Shown: positions 34,976-43,468 of the stretch, piece after piece
Position numbering within the stretch: position 1 is the stretch's first letter
Layout: each line of letters begins with the position of its first letter
NCBI GenBank assembly: GCA_964532925.1
Contig: CAZHIP010000001.1
Coordinates: 192,621-251,071, forward strand
Length of the DNA stretch: 58,451 nt
Direction of reading: 5' to 3'
DNA from: an uncultured Gammaproteobacteria bacterium
Lineage (GTDB): Bacteria > Patescibacteriota > Patescibacteriia > GWA2-47-26
The notes under the pieces: generated by a model
What the model saw: only the letters and a program-made list of their open reading frames with translations
Databases searched by the model: none
Told to the model about the DNA's origin: nothing
Made by a program: the position numbers and the translations under genes

Positions 34976-37537
34976 ATGCCACATCTGCTCGCCCAGTTTG
35001 GGCAGATTCCCATGAATGACACTGCGTTTGATATTCATTCGGGTACTGCATCATCTCTCGGGTTTTCTATTGCTTCGTATATATCTCCAGAGGCTTTACC
35101 ATTTGTGGTGGGCGGAGGTCTTTTTATTGTTGCAGCAGTTGTAGCAATATTGGCTATGAGAATGCGAGCCCACAGCCGTTTCCGCAAAGAGGTGGGACTC
35201 GGTACACGGATCATGCTTGTTACTATGCCAAAGGAGGCGGGTATCAAAAAGAGTGAAACAGAACACACAAAGACTGCACAAGAGGTACAACAGGATATTG
35301 CTACCGCACAATTGTTGTTTTCTGCGATTGGGGGATTGAAACCCGAGCATGGTTTGAAAGCATGGTGGCAGGGTCGCGCTGATCAGTTTGCATTCGAAAT
35401 CGTTTCACAACACGGTCTCGTGTCTTTTTATATTGCGGCGCCTGCAAAATATGTTGCCTATTTAAAGCAAGAAATCCATGCGCGCCATCCGCATGCCCAA
35501 ATTGAGGAGACGGATGATTACAATATTTTTACTCCACATGGCCACGTGGCTGCAGCATATGTAAAACTCGCAAAAGATTCGTTGTATCCGCTGAAGAATT
35601 TTAAACGTTTCGAGGTCGACCCATTGGAAGTCCTCACGGGTGCGTTAGCAAAAGTTCCCGAAGGCTCTGCGGCAGCTATTCAGTATGTTGTTCGTCCAGC
35701 ACAAGGTGGTTGGCGACGGCGTGCAGCTGGTGTTGCGGTAGAAATGCAGAAAGGAAAGAGCACAAAAGAGGCGATTCGAGCATACAATGCCAAGCATTCG
35801 CTTTTTAGTATCTTTCAATCATTTGGCGGCACAAAGAAAAAAGAAGGTGAAGCACCGCCAGAAACTCGAACGCTGTCGTCTGGCGAGCAAGAAGCACAAA
35901 AGCTGATTCAGGAAAAAGCCTCTGAGGCTGGACTTGAGATTAATATTCGCGTGATTGCGACTGCGAACACAAAAGAACAGGCCGATATCTATTTGAACGA
36001 CATTGTGCAAGGTTTTAACCAATATCATTATTACGAATTTGGTAACACTATGAATAGTGTTGCGCCGAAACAGCATGGATCCTTGGTGCGTAATATGATC
36101 TATCGCAGCTTTGACCCTTCATGCACGGCAATTTTGTCTGCGTCTGAAATGGCCAGCGTGTTTCATTTTCCGCTTCCTACATCAGAAACCCCTAATATTC
36201 GCTGGCTTACTTCGCGCAAATCTGTACCACCAGCCAATTTACCCAACGAGGGAACGATTTTGGGTAAGGTTATGTATCGTGGCGTAGAGACACCAGTGCG
36301 TGTCAAGCGATCTGATCGTCGGCGTCATGTGTATATTATCGGTCGATCGGGTGTGGGTAAGTCAGAGCTCATGAAGAACATGGTCAAGCAGGATATCGAA
36401 AATGGTGAAGGTGTTTGTATTGTCGATCCGCACGGTGACTTCGTGGAAGACATTTTGGGTGTTATTCCGAAGCATCGCATCGATGACGTGATTGTGTTTG
36501 ATCCATCAGACACCGAGCGTCCAGTGGGGTTAAACATGCTAGAAGCTACAACCGAGCACGAACAGGATTTTGCCACACAAGAAATGATTGCCATTTTCTA
36601 CAAACTTGTCACCGACCCGTCGATGATTGGCCCGATGTTTGAGCACTACATGCGCAATGCAATGCTTACTCTCATGTCAGATAGTGAACATCCAGGCACG
36701 ATTGTGGAGATTCCTCGTATTTTGACCGATAAGCCATATCAGGAATTAAAGTTGCAAACTGTTACTGACCCCATCATTCGTGCATTTTGGGAAAAAGAAT
36801 TACCGCAAACATCGAGCTCTACGAAAGGTGAAATGTTGCCGTACTTGGTTTCGAAGATCGGGCGTTTTATCGAAAACTCGATGATACGTAACATCATTGG
36901 CCAAGAAAAGAGTGGTTTTAATTTGCGTGAGGTCATGGATGGGAAAAAGATTTTGTTGGCTAATTTGGCAAAAGGAAAGATTGGCGAAATGAACTCGAAC
37001 CTATTGGGTCTTATTCTTGTTTCAAAACTCCAGATGGCTGCCATGCGTCGTGCGGATTTACCCGAAGACCAGCGTCATGATTTTTACCTCTACATCGATG
37101 AGTTCCAAAACTTTATTACCGATTCGATTGCCACGATTCTTTCCGAAGCGCGTAAGTATCGACTTGATTTAGTGGTTGCGCATCAATACCTTGGCCAACT
37201 AGTGCAAGGGCAAGATACGAAGGTGCGTGATGCCGTGCTTGGTAACGCGGGTACCATGGCCGTCTTCCGTATTGGTGTCGAAGATGCCGAAGTTTTGGCA
37301 AAAGAATTCGCGCCAACATTTAATGAGTACGACCTCGTGAATACGGAAAAGTATACGGCATACGTTAAATTATTAGTGGATAATACGGGTACACGGCCGT
37401 TCAATATGAATGCGCCGCCGCCATTTCAGACCAATCGCGAGCTTGCTTCCATGATCAAAGAACTCTCTCGCCTTAAGTATGGTCGCGATAAGGCGACCGT
37501 AGAAGCAGAAATCCTCGAACGTTCAAAACTCTCATAA
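34976..37537 (+). CDS. TraD/VirD4-like (type IV coupling protein-like) P-loop ATPase with a long N-terminal membrane-anchored domain
   Basis: 853 aa with an N-terminal TM helix (LPFVVGGGLFIVAAVVAILAM). Walker A IIGRSGVGKSE at 36341-36364. Walker B FYLYIDEFQNF at about 37082-37114. It also has the TraG/TraD C-terminal-type block EARKYRLDLVVAHQYLGQL...GNAGTMAVFRIG. Confidence 0.8.
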   Translation: MPHLLAQFGQIPMNDTAFDIHSGTASSLGFSIASYISPEALPFVVGGGLFIVAAVVAILAMRMRAHSRFRKEVGLGTRIMLVTMPKEAGIKKSETEHTKTAQEVQQDIATAQLLFSAIGGLKPEHGLKAWWQGRADQFAFEIVSQHGLVSFYIAAPAKYVAYLKQEIHARHPHAQIEETDDYNIFTPHGHVAAAYVKLAKDSLYPLKNFKRFEVDPLEVLTGALAKVPEGSAAAIQYVVRPAQGGWRRRAAGVAVEMQKGKSTKEAIRAYNAKHSLFSIFQSFGGTKKKEGEAPPETRTLSSGEQEAQKLIQEKASEAGLEINIRVIATANTKEQADIYLNDIVQGFNQYHYYEFGNTMNSVAPKQHGSLVRNMIYRSFDPSCTAILSASEMASVFHFPLPTSETPNIRWLTSRKSVPPANLPNEGTILGKVMYRGVETPVRVKRSDRRRHVYIIGRSGVGKSELMKNMVKQDIENGEGVCIVDPHGDFVEDILGVIPKHRIDDVIVFDPSDTERPVGLNMLEATTEHEQDFATQEMIAIFYKLVTDPSMIGPMFEHYMRNAMLTLMSDSEHPGTIVEIPRILTDKPYQELKLQTVTDPIIRAFWEKELPQTSSSTKGEMLPYLVSKIGRFIENSMIRNIIGQEKSGFNLREVMDGKKILLANLAKGKIGEMNSNLLGLILVSKLQMAAMRRADLPEDQRHDFYLYIDEFQNFITDSIATILSEARKYRLDLVVAHQYLGQLVQGQDTKVRDAVLGNAGTMAVFRIGVEDAEVLAKEFAPTFNEYDLVNTEKYTAYVKLLVDNTGTRPFNMNAPPPFQTNRELASMIKELSRLKYGRDKATVEAEILERSKLS

Positions 37538-37548
37538 ATAGGCGGTAT

Positions 37549-37592
37549 TTAGCACTTTCCTCTTGACGAAAAGCACTTTTTGTGCTAGAAAT
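37549..37592 (+). promoter_or_regulatory. Promoter TTGACG-N17-TAGAAA with CIRCE-related half-sites
   Basis: TTAGCACTT at 37549-37557, identical to 8 of 9 nt of the CIRCE left arm. TTGACG at 37563-37568. AGCAC-N5-GTGCT mini-palindrome at 37572-37586. GTGCTAG at 37582-37588. Confidence 0.45.
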
Positions 37593-37659
37593 AGGTGTTC
37601 TTGTAGAAGGGTTGCTGTGTTCAAACCGAGCAGGCTATGCACTTGCTCAAGGAGGGAAA

Positions 37660-37878
37660 ATGAAGAATCATCCCGCGACGAAAGAATTGCAATCGCTGAA
37701 GCGGCTGCACAGAAAGGAGGTCGGGTTGCTTTTTAGGAAGAAGCCGCTGGATCTGAATCTCGACGGGGAAAATGCTGGTCGCCCGACTGGCCCGTTCCTC
37801 ACAAAGGCGGAGGAGGACACGGAGGTTCTTGGGTTCTTCGACGCCATGAACATGCCCGAGTCAGAGGACGAGCCGTGA
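37660..37878 (+). CDS. Small hypothetical protein (72 aa; basic N-terminus, acidic C-terminus)
   Basis: Strong SD AAGGAGGG 4 nt before the ATG. It has its own promoter-like element and downstream terminator. Codons are visibly G/C-ending (AAG, GAG, CTG), unlike the neighbours. Confidence 0.6.
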   Translation: MKNHPATKELQSLKRLHRKEVGLLFRKKPLDLNLDGENAGRPTGPFLTKAEEDTEVLGFFDAMNMPESEDEP

Positions 37879-37947
37879 GCTCGACATTTTGGCTCTGGCG
37901 ACATCTCTTCGTCGCCGCTCATTCTTAAATCCACCCTCGCGTGGTAG

Positions 37948-37990
37948 CCGGTTCGGGATTCACACTAGTGACTCTCGGGCCGGTTTTTTT
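37948..37990 (+). terminator. Rho-independent terminator
   Basis: An 11-bp stem (CCGGTTCGGGA / TCTCGGGCCGG, including G-U pairs) followed by T7. Confidence 0.6.
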
Positions 37991-38052
37991 ATTTGATCAC
38001 AATACTATGCACAACTTATCCCTTGGTAACGATTGGTAGGGTTGTCGTGCGG

Positions 38053-38061
38053 TGATATAAT
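38053..38061 (+). promoter_or_regulatory. Extended -10 box TGaTATAAT
   Basis: It lies about 100 nt upstream of ATG 38160. The leader contains the direct repeat CACTAGATG twice, at 38067-38075 and 38084-38092. Confidence 0.45.
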
Positions 38062-38159
38062 TTTTTCACTAGATGTGAAGAGGCACTAGATGCCATAGTT
38101 CTCTTTAAGCCCTTGGGTAATGTGTAACGCAAAACCCAATTTTTATTTTGCATCGTTGT

Positions 38160-38591
38160 ATGGATGGAAAGAAACGTTATAACGTCCACGGGTTTACAGC
38201 ACTCTCGGGGCTTTTGGAGCACGCCTCAGTGCTCGAGGAAAACGTCAGTGCTGCTGTACCACCGACCGAGTCGCGATCAAACGCTTCATCAGAGGTCCAC
38301 GTACTCCTTATGGATGTGCAAGAAAAACTGAATCGCGTTATGGAGATGTTGGGTGGTGGTATTCAAAACCATCGACCGCAGGGTCGCGCGCACACAACTT
38401 CGCATAGCACTTCAAACGAAGATGCAGTTGACGGTGTATATGATGGGCGAGGTAGTATGGTGACAGATGATGGCACTCGCCACCGGATTCCTCCTGCCTA
38501 TGTCGACAAGGCGTTTCTGCAGGAGGGGGATTTGATGCAGTTTACGCTGGGTGAAGGCGGTATGAAGAAGTTTAAAAAAATGCGTAGTTAG
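38160..38591 (+). CDS. Hypothetical protein
   Basis: 143 aa from ATG 38160, with no recognisable motifs. It ends 5 nt before dnaX. Confidence 0.6.
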   Translation: MDGKKRYNVHGFTALSGLLEHASVLEENVSAAVPPTESRSNASSEVHVLLMDVQEKLNRVMEMLGGGIQNHRPQGRAHTTSHSTSNEDAVDGVYDGRGSMVTDDGTRHRIPPAYVDKAFLQEGDLMQFTLGEGGMKKFKKMRS

Positions 38592-38596
38592 AACCC

Positions 38597-40150
38597 ATGG
38601 CAGTCATTTACCGCAAATACCGACCACAAACCTTTTTTGACCTTACCGGGCAAGAGCATGTTCGCAAAATTCTGATGGAGCAGATTATTCGTGGCACCGT
38701 GGCACATGCGTATTTGTTCACCGGTCCACGCGGTGTAGGGAAAACTACGAGCGCTCGTCTTTTGGCTAAGGCTATCAACTGTACCGGAAGAAAAAAGACA
38801 GACGCAGAGCCATGTGCTGTTTGTGATGCGTGTAAACTTATTACCGATGGTCGCGCGCTTGATGTTATGGAAATCGACGCCGCTTCGCATACGGGCGTTG
38901 ATAACATTCGCGAGACCGTGATCGAGACCGCTCGTTTTGCGCCGTCGCAACTCGCGTTCAAAGTTTTTATTATCGATGAAGTGCACATGCTTTCCAGTGG
39001 CGCGTGGAATGCACTTTTGAAAATAATCGAAGAACCACCGAAGCATGTAGTGTTTGTACTAGCGACGACCGAGGTCCACAAAGTTCCCGCCACCATTCTT
39101 TCTCGCTGCCAACGGTTTGATTTTAAACGCGTCACCGTGCCACTCATGGTTGAACGCTTAACAACGATTGCCAAGGCAGAAGGCGTGAGTGTTGATGAAG
39201 CCGTACTTGCCCAGGTTGCGCGTTTGGCAGAAGGAGGTCTCCGTGATGCCGAAACATTGCTTGGGCAGATTATGGCACTCGGATTACAGCATGTAACGGT
39301 TGCAGAAGCTTCACTCGTGATTCCTGTTTCAGCTTTGCCGCGCGTGATAGACTTTTTGAATGCTGTGTTACAAAACAATGCGGCGAATGCATTACAAACA
39401 GTGAGTGCTTTGCTTGATGATGGGTTTGATTTGTATCAGTTCGGACGTGAGGCAATTGAAGTTGTGCGCCAACTCATGCTCATAAAACTTACAGGGAAAA
39501 ATGAATCAGCGGTTTTGTTTGATGAAACAACGGCGCAAGAAATTGCGAAGCTTGTTGCAGGTTTTTCGCCGGCAAAAATTCACTGGATACTTGAGGTGCT
39601 GAATCGTCGCGTGCCAGAAATCAAGCATGCGTCAATTTTGCAACTACCACTTGAGCTTGCCGTGTTTGAAATTTGTTTGCCAGAAGGGGAGCGGACGCTC
39701 GCCATGACACCACCGCCGATAGTGGTGCAAGAAGTGGCTAGCGGAGCTCGTGTAGCCGATGTTGAGACGGGAGATGTTGCGGTAAAAGAAGCGCCGCCGC
39801 TTGCTGCAGAAATAGTGGTTGTTTCTGATGACGTTGCATTTTTGGGTCAGCTTCGTGCAGCATGGGATTCGGTGGTGGGTAAAGTTGCTGCCACCAATCC
39901 GTCGCTACCCTTTGTGCTTCAGATGTCCGAACCAGTTTCTATAAACAATAACGTAGTCACCATTGGTGTGCGGTATCCGTTCCATCGAGACAAATTGAAT
40001 GAAGAGAAGAATCGTCAGTTCATGGAAACGTTATTGACCGCAGAGTTTGCACGACCACTGCGCATAGAAGGCGTGTTGCTTCCAAAGAAAGAGGCTGATG
40101 GCATGGTCGATGAGGCACTTAGCGTCTTTGGTGGTATTGTGCTTGCGTAA
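38597..40150 (+). CDS. dnaX: DNA polymerase III subunit gamma/tau
   Basis: Walker A GPRGVGKTT, a Cys-rich zinc module (CTGRKKTDAEPCAVCDAC), Walker B IIDEVHML and SRCQRF. Confidence 0.93.
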   Translation: MAVIYRKYRPQTFFDLTGQEHVRKILMEQIIRGTVAHAYLFTGPRGVGKTTSARLLAKAINCTGRKKTDAEPCAVCDACKLITDGRALDVMEIDAASHTGVDNIRETVIETARFAPSQLAFKVFIIDEVHMLSSGAWNALLKIIEEPPKHVVFVLATTEVHKVPATILSRCQRFDFKRVTVPLMVERLTTIAKAEGVSVDEAVLAQVARLAEGGLRDAETLLGQIMALGLQHVTVAEASLVIPVSALPRVIDFLNAVLQNNAANALQTVSALLDDGFDLYQFGREAIEVVRQLMLIKLTGKNESAVLFDETTAQEIAKLVAGFSPAKIHWILEVLNRRVPEIKHASILQLPLELAVFEICLPEGERTLAMTPPPIVVQEVASGARVADVETGDVAVKEAPPLAAEIVVVSDDVAFLGQLRAAWDSVVGKVAATNPSLPFVLQMSEPVSINNNVVTIGVRYPFHRDKLNEEKNRQFMETLLTAEFARPLRIEGVLLPKKEADGMVDEALSVFGGIVLA

Positions 40151-40194
40151 GAATTTCACTTGCGTATTCGTATATAAGTTTATAAGCTTAGAGC

Positions 40195-40815
40195 ATGCGT
40201 TACTCCTCGACGAGACCCCCGTACTTCCGCTCGCAATCACACGGCATTGGTCGTGTAAAAATGTTTTTCATCGGTGCGGGGGTTGGGGGGCTATTGGTTT
40301 TTTTGGGGATGACAGCCTGGCAGTCGCATCAGCCAGTTGAGATTATTGTAAAAACACAAAACGCTACCACTGCTGCGCCTGTAGATGCTGCGCTTTTAAA
40401 TGACGATAATTATGTTTGGTCTGAGGGGGGATTGGTGGGTATTAAAAATCCAAAAGAAAACGATAAGATCTCTGGATCAGTAAATGTTGAGGGTATGGCA
40501 AACCCTCCCGACGGCCAAGTGCGCGCGCGGGTGACGGAACTTATTCGCGGAAAAGTGGTGACCGTGGGAGAAGCTGAGGCAACGGTGAAGTCAGATGTAC
40601 CGGGCACGCACGGAATGTTTACGGTAACTATTGCAATTCAGCCGACACGCAACCAAGGAACACTTGAAGTTTCGGTGCTCAAAAAGAAAGGTGATAAAGA
40701 TGTCGATACCGTGATTATTCCACTGCAGTTTATTGCGGAGAAAAAAGCAGACCCTGTCCCAGCAAAAACCACACCAAAACCAGCAGCAGCCACTGTTCCG
40801 GCAGAGACCCCATAA
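40195..40815 (+). CDS. Membrane-anchored hypothetical protein with a probable Ig-like (Gmad-like) domain
   Basis: TM helix FFIGAGVGGLLVFLGM, a beta-rich region (ISGSVNVEGMA...GMFTVTIAI...GTLEVSV) and a Pro/Ala/Thr-rich tail. Alternative start at 40261. Confidence 0.6.
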   Translation: MRYSSTRPPYFRSQSHGIGRVKMFFIGAGVGGLLVFLGMTAWQSHQPVEIIVKTQNATTAAPVDAALLNDDNYVWSEGGLVGIKNPKENDKISGSVNVEGMANPPDGQVRARVTELIRGKVVTVGEAEATVKSDVPGTHGMFTVTIAIQPTRNQGTLEVSVLKKKGDKDVDTVIIPLQFIAEKKADPVPAKTTPKPAAATVPAETP

Positions 40816-40900
40816 GATTGACTTGCAGTCGTTTTTATGGTCAAATAAGTGAGCAGCAGACGCCTAGCGGAGCGATCCAAAAGGCCGTTTTTGCATATCT

Positions 40901-42934
40901 ATGAACTTCGAATTTCATACCGAACACAAGCCAGCGGGTGACCAGCCTGCGGCCATAGGAAAGCTTATTGAGGGTCTCAATCGCGGTGCGCGATATCAGA
41001 CTCTTCTTGGTGTTACCGGTTCGGGTAAGACGTTTACCGCGGCAAATGTTATTAAAGAGTTGCAAAAACCGACATTGGTTATTTCTCACAACAAAACACT
41101 TGCTGCCCAGCTTTGCAATGAGTTCCGAGAATTTTTCCCCAAAAACGCCGTGGAGTATTTTGTCTCGTACTACGACTACTATCAGCCAGAGGCGTACATG
41201 CCATCGTCGGATACGTATATCGAGAAGGAGTCGATGGTGAACGAAGAAATTGATCGTCTGCGCCACGCCGCGACCGAAGCGGTGCTCACGCGCCGTGATG
41301 TTATTGTGTCTGCATCGGTGTCTTGCATTTACGGTTTAGGTGAACCAGAAGTGTACCAGCAGGCAGCGCTGCAGCTTCCGCTTGGAGAGAAAATTGTCCG
41401 CAACGATATTTTGAAAACATTGATTGAGATGCAGTTTGTCCGTACCAACGACCAGCCAACGCGTGGACAATTCCGTTTGCGTGCTTCGACCATAGAAATC
41501 ATGCCGCAAAACCACGAGATTATTTATCGTGTTGAAATCGAAGATGAAAAGGTTGCGCAGATTTTGGTAATTGATCCTGTCACTCGCGCCGAACGAGATT
41601 CTCTCGAGAAGTTGATGATCTTTCCAGCCAAACATTTTGTCATGCGGCAAGGTGCGCGCGATGCGGCGATTGCACGTATTCGCGAAGAGCTAGACGAGCG
41701 CGTGAAATATTTCAAAGATAACAATAAGCTTTTAGAAGAAGATCGTTTGAGCCGCCGCACGCGGTACGATTTAGAAATGCTCAAAAATGTTGGGTACTGT
41801 AATGGCATCGAAAACTATTCGCGACCTATGGCTGGTCGCCCGCCTGGTAGCGCTCCAGAAACATTGCTTGATTACTTCAAGCTTGCACACGGGAACGATT
41901 GGCTTCTCATTATTGACGAGTCGCACGTCACGATTCCGCAGGTTGGTGGTATGTACGAAGGGGATCGTGCACGCAAAAATACGTTGATTGAACATGGTTT
42001 CCGTTTGCCGTCTGCCGCAGACAATCGTCCGCTCAAGTTTACGGAGTTTGAGGAACGCATTCCGCAAACCATCTTTATGTCGGCAACGCCGGCAAAGTTT
42101 GAACGCGCCCATTCCGAGCAAGTTGTTGAGCAGATTATTCGCCCGACGGGTCTTGTTGACCCGGTGATTACGGTGTTGCCAGTTACGGCTTCCAAGAAAA
42201 ATAAATCCCAGGTCGACGATGTTATCGAACGCATTCGCGAACGGGTCAAAAAACAGGAGCGCGTCATGGTTACGACGCTTACTAAAAAGATGGCTGAGGA
42301 CCTCACTGATTATCTTGAAGGCTTGCAGATCAAAACTAAGTACTTGCATTCAAATGTCGAAACCATTGATCGCATCGGGATTCTCACCGAGTTCCGCAAA
42401 GGCGTGTTTGATGTGCTTGTTGGTGTGAACTTGCTTCGTGAAGGACTTGATCTTCCAGAAGTTACTCTCGTTGCAATTCTTGATGCCGATAAAGAAGGCT
42501 TTTTGCGGTCCGATACCGCGCTTATTCAGACCATTGGCCGTGCGGCCCGCAACGTCTCGGGTGAGGTAGTCATGTATGCCGATGGTATGACCGGATCCAT
42601 GGAACGCGCGATTGGCGAAACAGAACGCCGTCGAAAAATTCAGCTTGCCTACAACAAAGAACACAATATCACGCCAGTCACCATCAAAAAAGCCATCAAA
42701 GACATTACGGAAGGTCTCACGCGTCGCAAGGAACAAGATGCCGCCAAGGCTGCGTTGGCACTCGAGTCTGGCGTTGAGTCCGGGAAGAAACTCGAAGACC
42801 TGATCGGCGACAAAGAACGCCAGATGAAAAAAGCCGCCAAAGAACTTCAATTTGAATTGGCAGGTGTGCTGCGCGATGAGGTTATTGAGTTGCGCAAGCA
42901 GTTGCGCGTAGTCGGGAAGAAAGTAAAGAAATAA
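40901..42934 (+). CDS. uvrB: Excinuclease ABC subunit B
   Basis: GVTGSGKTFT, DESH box, helicase motifs and a C-terminal UVR domain (ELQFELAGVLRDEVIELR). Confidence 0.96.
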   Translation: MNFEFHTEHKPAGDQPAAIGKLIEGLNRGARYQTLLGVTGSGKTFTAANVIKELQKPTLVISHNKTLAAQLCNEFREFFPKNAVEYFVSYYDYYQPEAYMPSSDTYIEKESMVNEEIDRLRHAATEAVLTRRDVIVSASVSCIYGLGEPEVYQQAALQLPLGEKIVRNDILKTLIEMQFVRTNDQPTRGQFRLRASTIEIMPQNHEIIYRVEIEDEKVAQILVIDPVTRAERDSLEKLMIFPAKHFVMRQGARDAAIARIREELDERVKYFKDNNKLLEEDRLSRRTRYDLEMLKNVGYCNGIENYSRPMAGRPPGSAPETLLDYFKLAHGNDWLLIIDESHVTIPQVGGMYEGDRARKNTLIEHGFRLPSAADNRPLKFTEFEERIPQTIFMSATPAKFERAHSEQVVEQIIRPTGLVDPVITVLPVTASKKNKSQVDDVIERIRERVKKQERVMVTTLTKKMAEDLTDYLEGLQIKTKYLHSNVETIDRIGILTEFRKGVFDVLVGVNLLREGLDLPEVTLVAILDADKEGFLRSDTALIQTIGRAARNVSGEVVMYADGMTGSMERAIGETERRRKIQLAYNKEHNITPVTIKKAIKDITEGLTRRKEQDAAKAALALESGVESGKKLEDLIGDKERQMKKAAKELQFELAGVLRDEVIELRKQLRVVGKKVKK

Positions 42935-42935
42935 T

Positions 42936-43466
42936 ATGCAAGATCTGGTAAATGCAGTCAAAGCTTCACTGAAAGATAAAAATTGGTATGGTGCATTGTT
43001 TATTGCATTGGCTTTGCCAGATATTTGCGGGAAAATGGATGGTAAAATTTCTGGCTCACAAGCCAGGTATGTTGTATGGTTCGATAAGTATTTAAAGAAA
43101 GAATACACGCGACAAGTTGACCCAGATTATCGGGAGATAGTCTTTCTATCTGGCGAAGATTGTTATGCTCTTCGGTGTGCCATGTTGCATGAAGGTAGCG
43201 ATGAGGTGAGCGGACAACGATGCAGGGATGTGTTAAATAAAATTAAGTTTACAACTGATATGTCGCATCTCAATCGGATAGATGCGGGAGATCACTGTAC
43301 TCTGCAATTACAGGTCTTCGAATTTTGTGAAGAAATACTCAATGGGGTTGCTCAGTGGCTTATAGATGTCTTACCGGATCAAGGTGTTCAGGAAAAAATG
43401 CTTCAAATGGTAAAAATACATGACAGTATTTTTGTAAAAGACGAAAGAGGTTTTCATATTCCATAA
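42936..43466 (+). CDS. Hypothetical protein with an Rx4H motif (possible HEPN-like fold), inserted between uvrB and uvrA
   Basis: 176 aa and visibly more AT-rich than its neighbours. It has the LRCAMLHEG motif (R80-x4-H85, nt 43173-43190) and [10 protein letters not shown]. Intergenic gaps are 1-2 nt on both sides. Confidence 0.65.
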   Translation: MQDLVNAVKASLKDKNWYGALFIALALPDICGKMDGKISGSQARYVVWFDKYLKKEYTRQVDPDYREIVFLSGEDCYALRCAMLHEGSDEVSGQRCRDVLNKIKFTTDMSHLNRIDAGDHCTLQLQVFEFCEEILNGVAQWLIDVLPDQGVQEKMLQMVKIHDSIFVKDERGFHIP

Positions 43467-43468
43467 TT

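Noticed and set aside
37668-37934. 88-aa minus-strand ORF antisense to the 72-aa small ORF
   Set aside because: The plus-strand ORF has a strong SD, a promoter-like element and a terminator, while the minus-strand ORF has none. The call remains uncertain without coding statistics.
38791-38797. A AAA AAG heptamer in the zero frame of dnaX, identical to the E. coli dnaX -1 frameshift site
   Set aside because: It lies at codons 65-67, inside the N-terminal zinc module. Frameshifting there would give a roughly 70-aa fragment rather than a gamma subunit. No downstream stimulatory hairpin was seen, so it is most likely a coincidence of a Lys-Lys dipeptide.
38608-39378. 256-aa ORF on the minus strand
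   Set aside because: It lies entirely antisense to the well-supported dnaX CDS. Its composition is Ser/Ala/Thr/Cys-rich with no motifs, so it is a typical shadow ORF.
42350-43108. 252-aa ORF on the minus strand
   Set aside because: It is antisense to the uvrB 3' end and the downstream ORF, has no motifs and has no start context. It is a shadow ORF.
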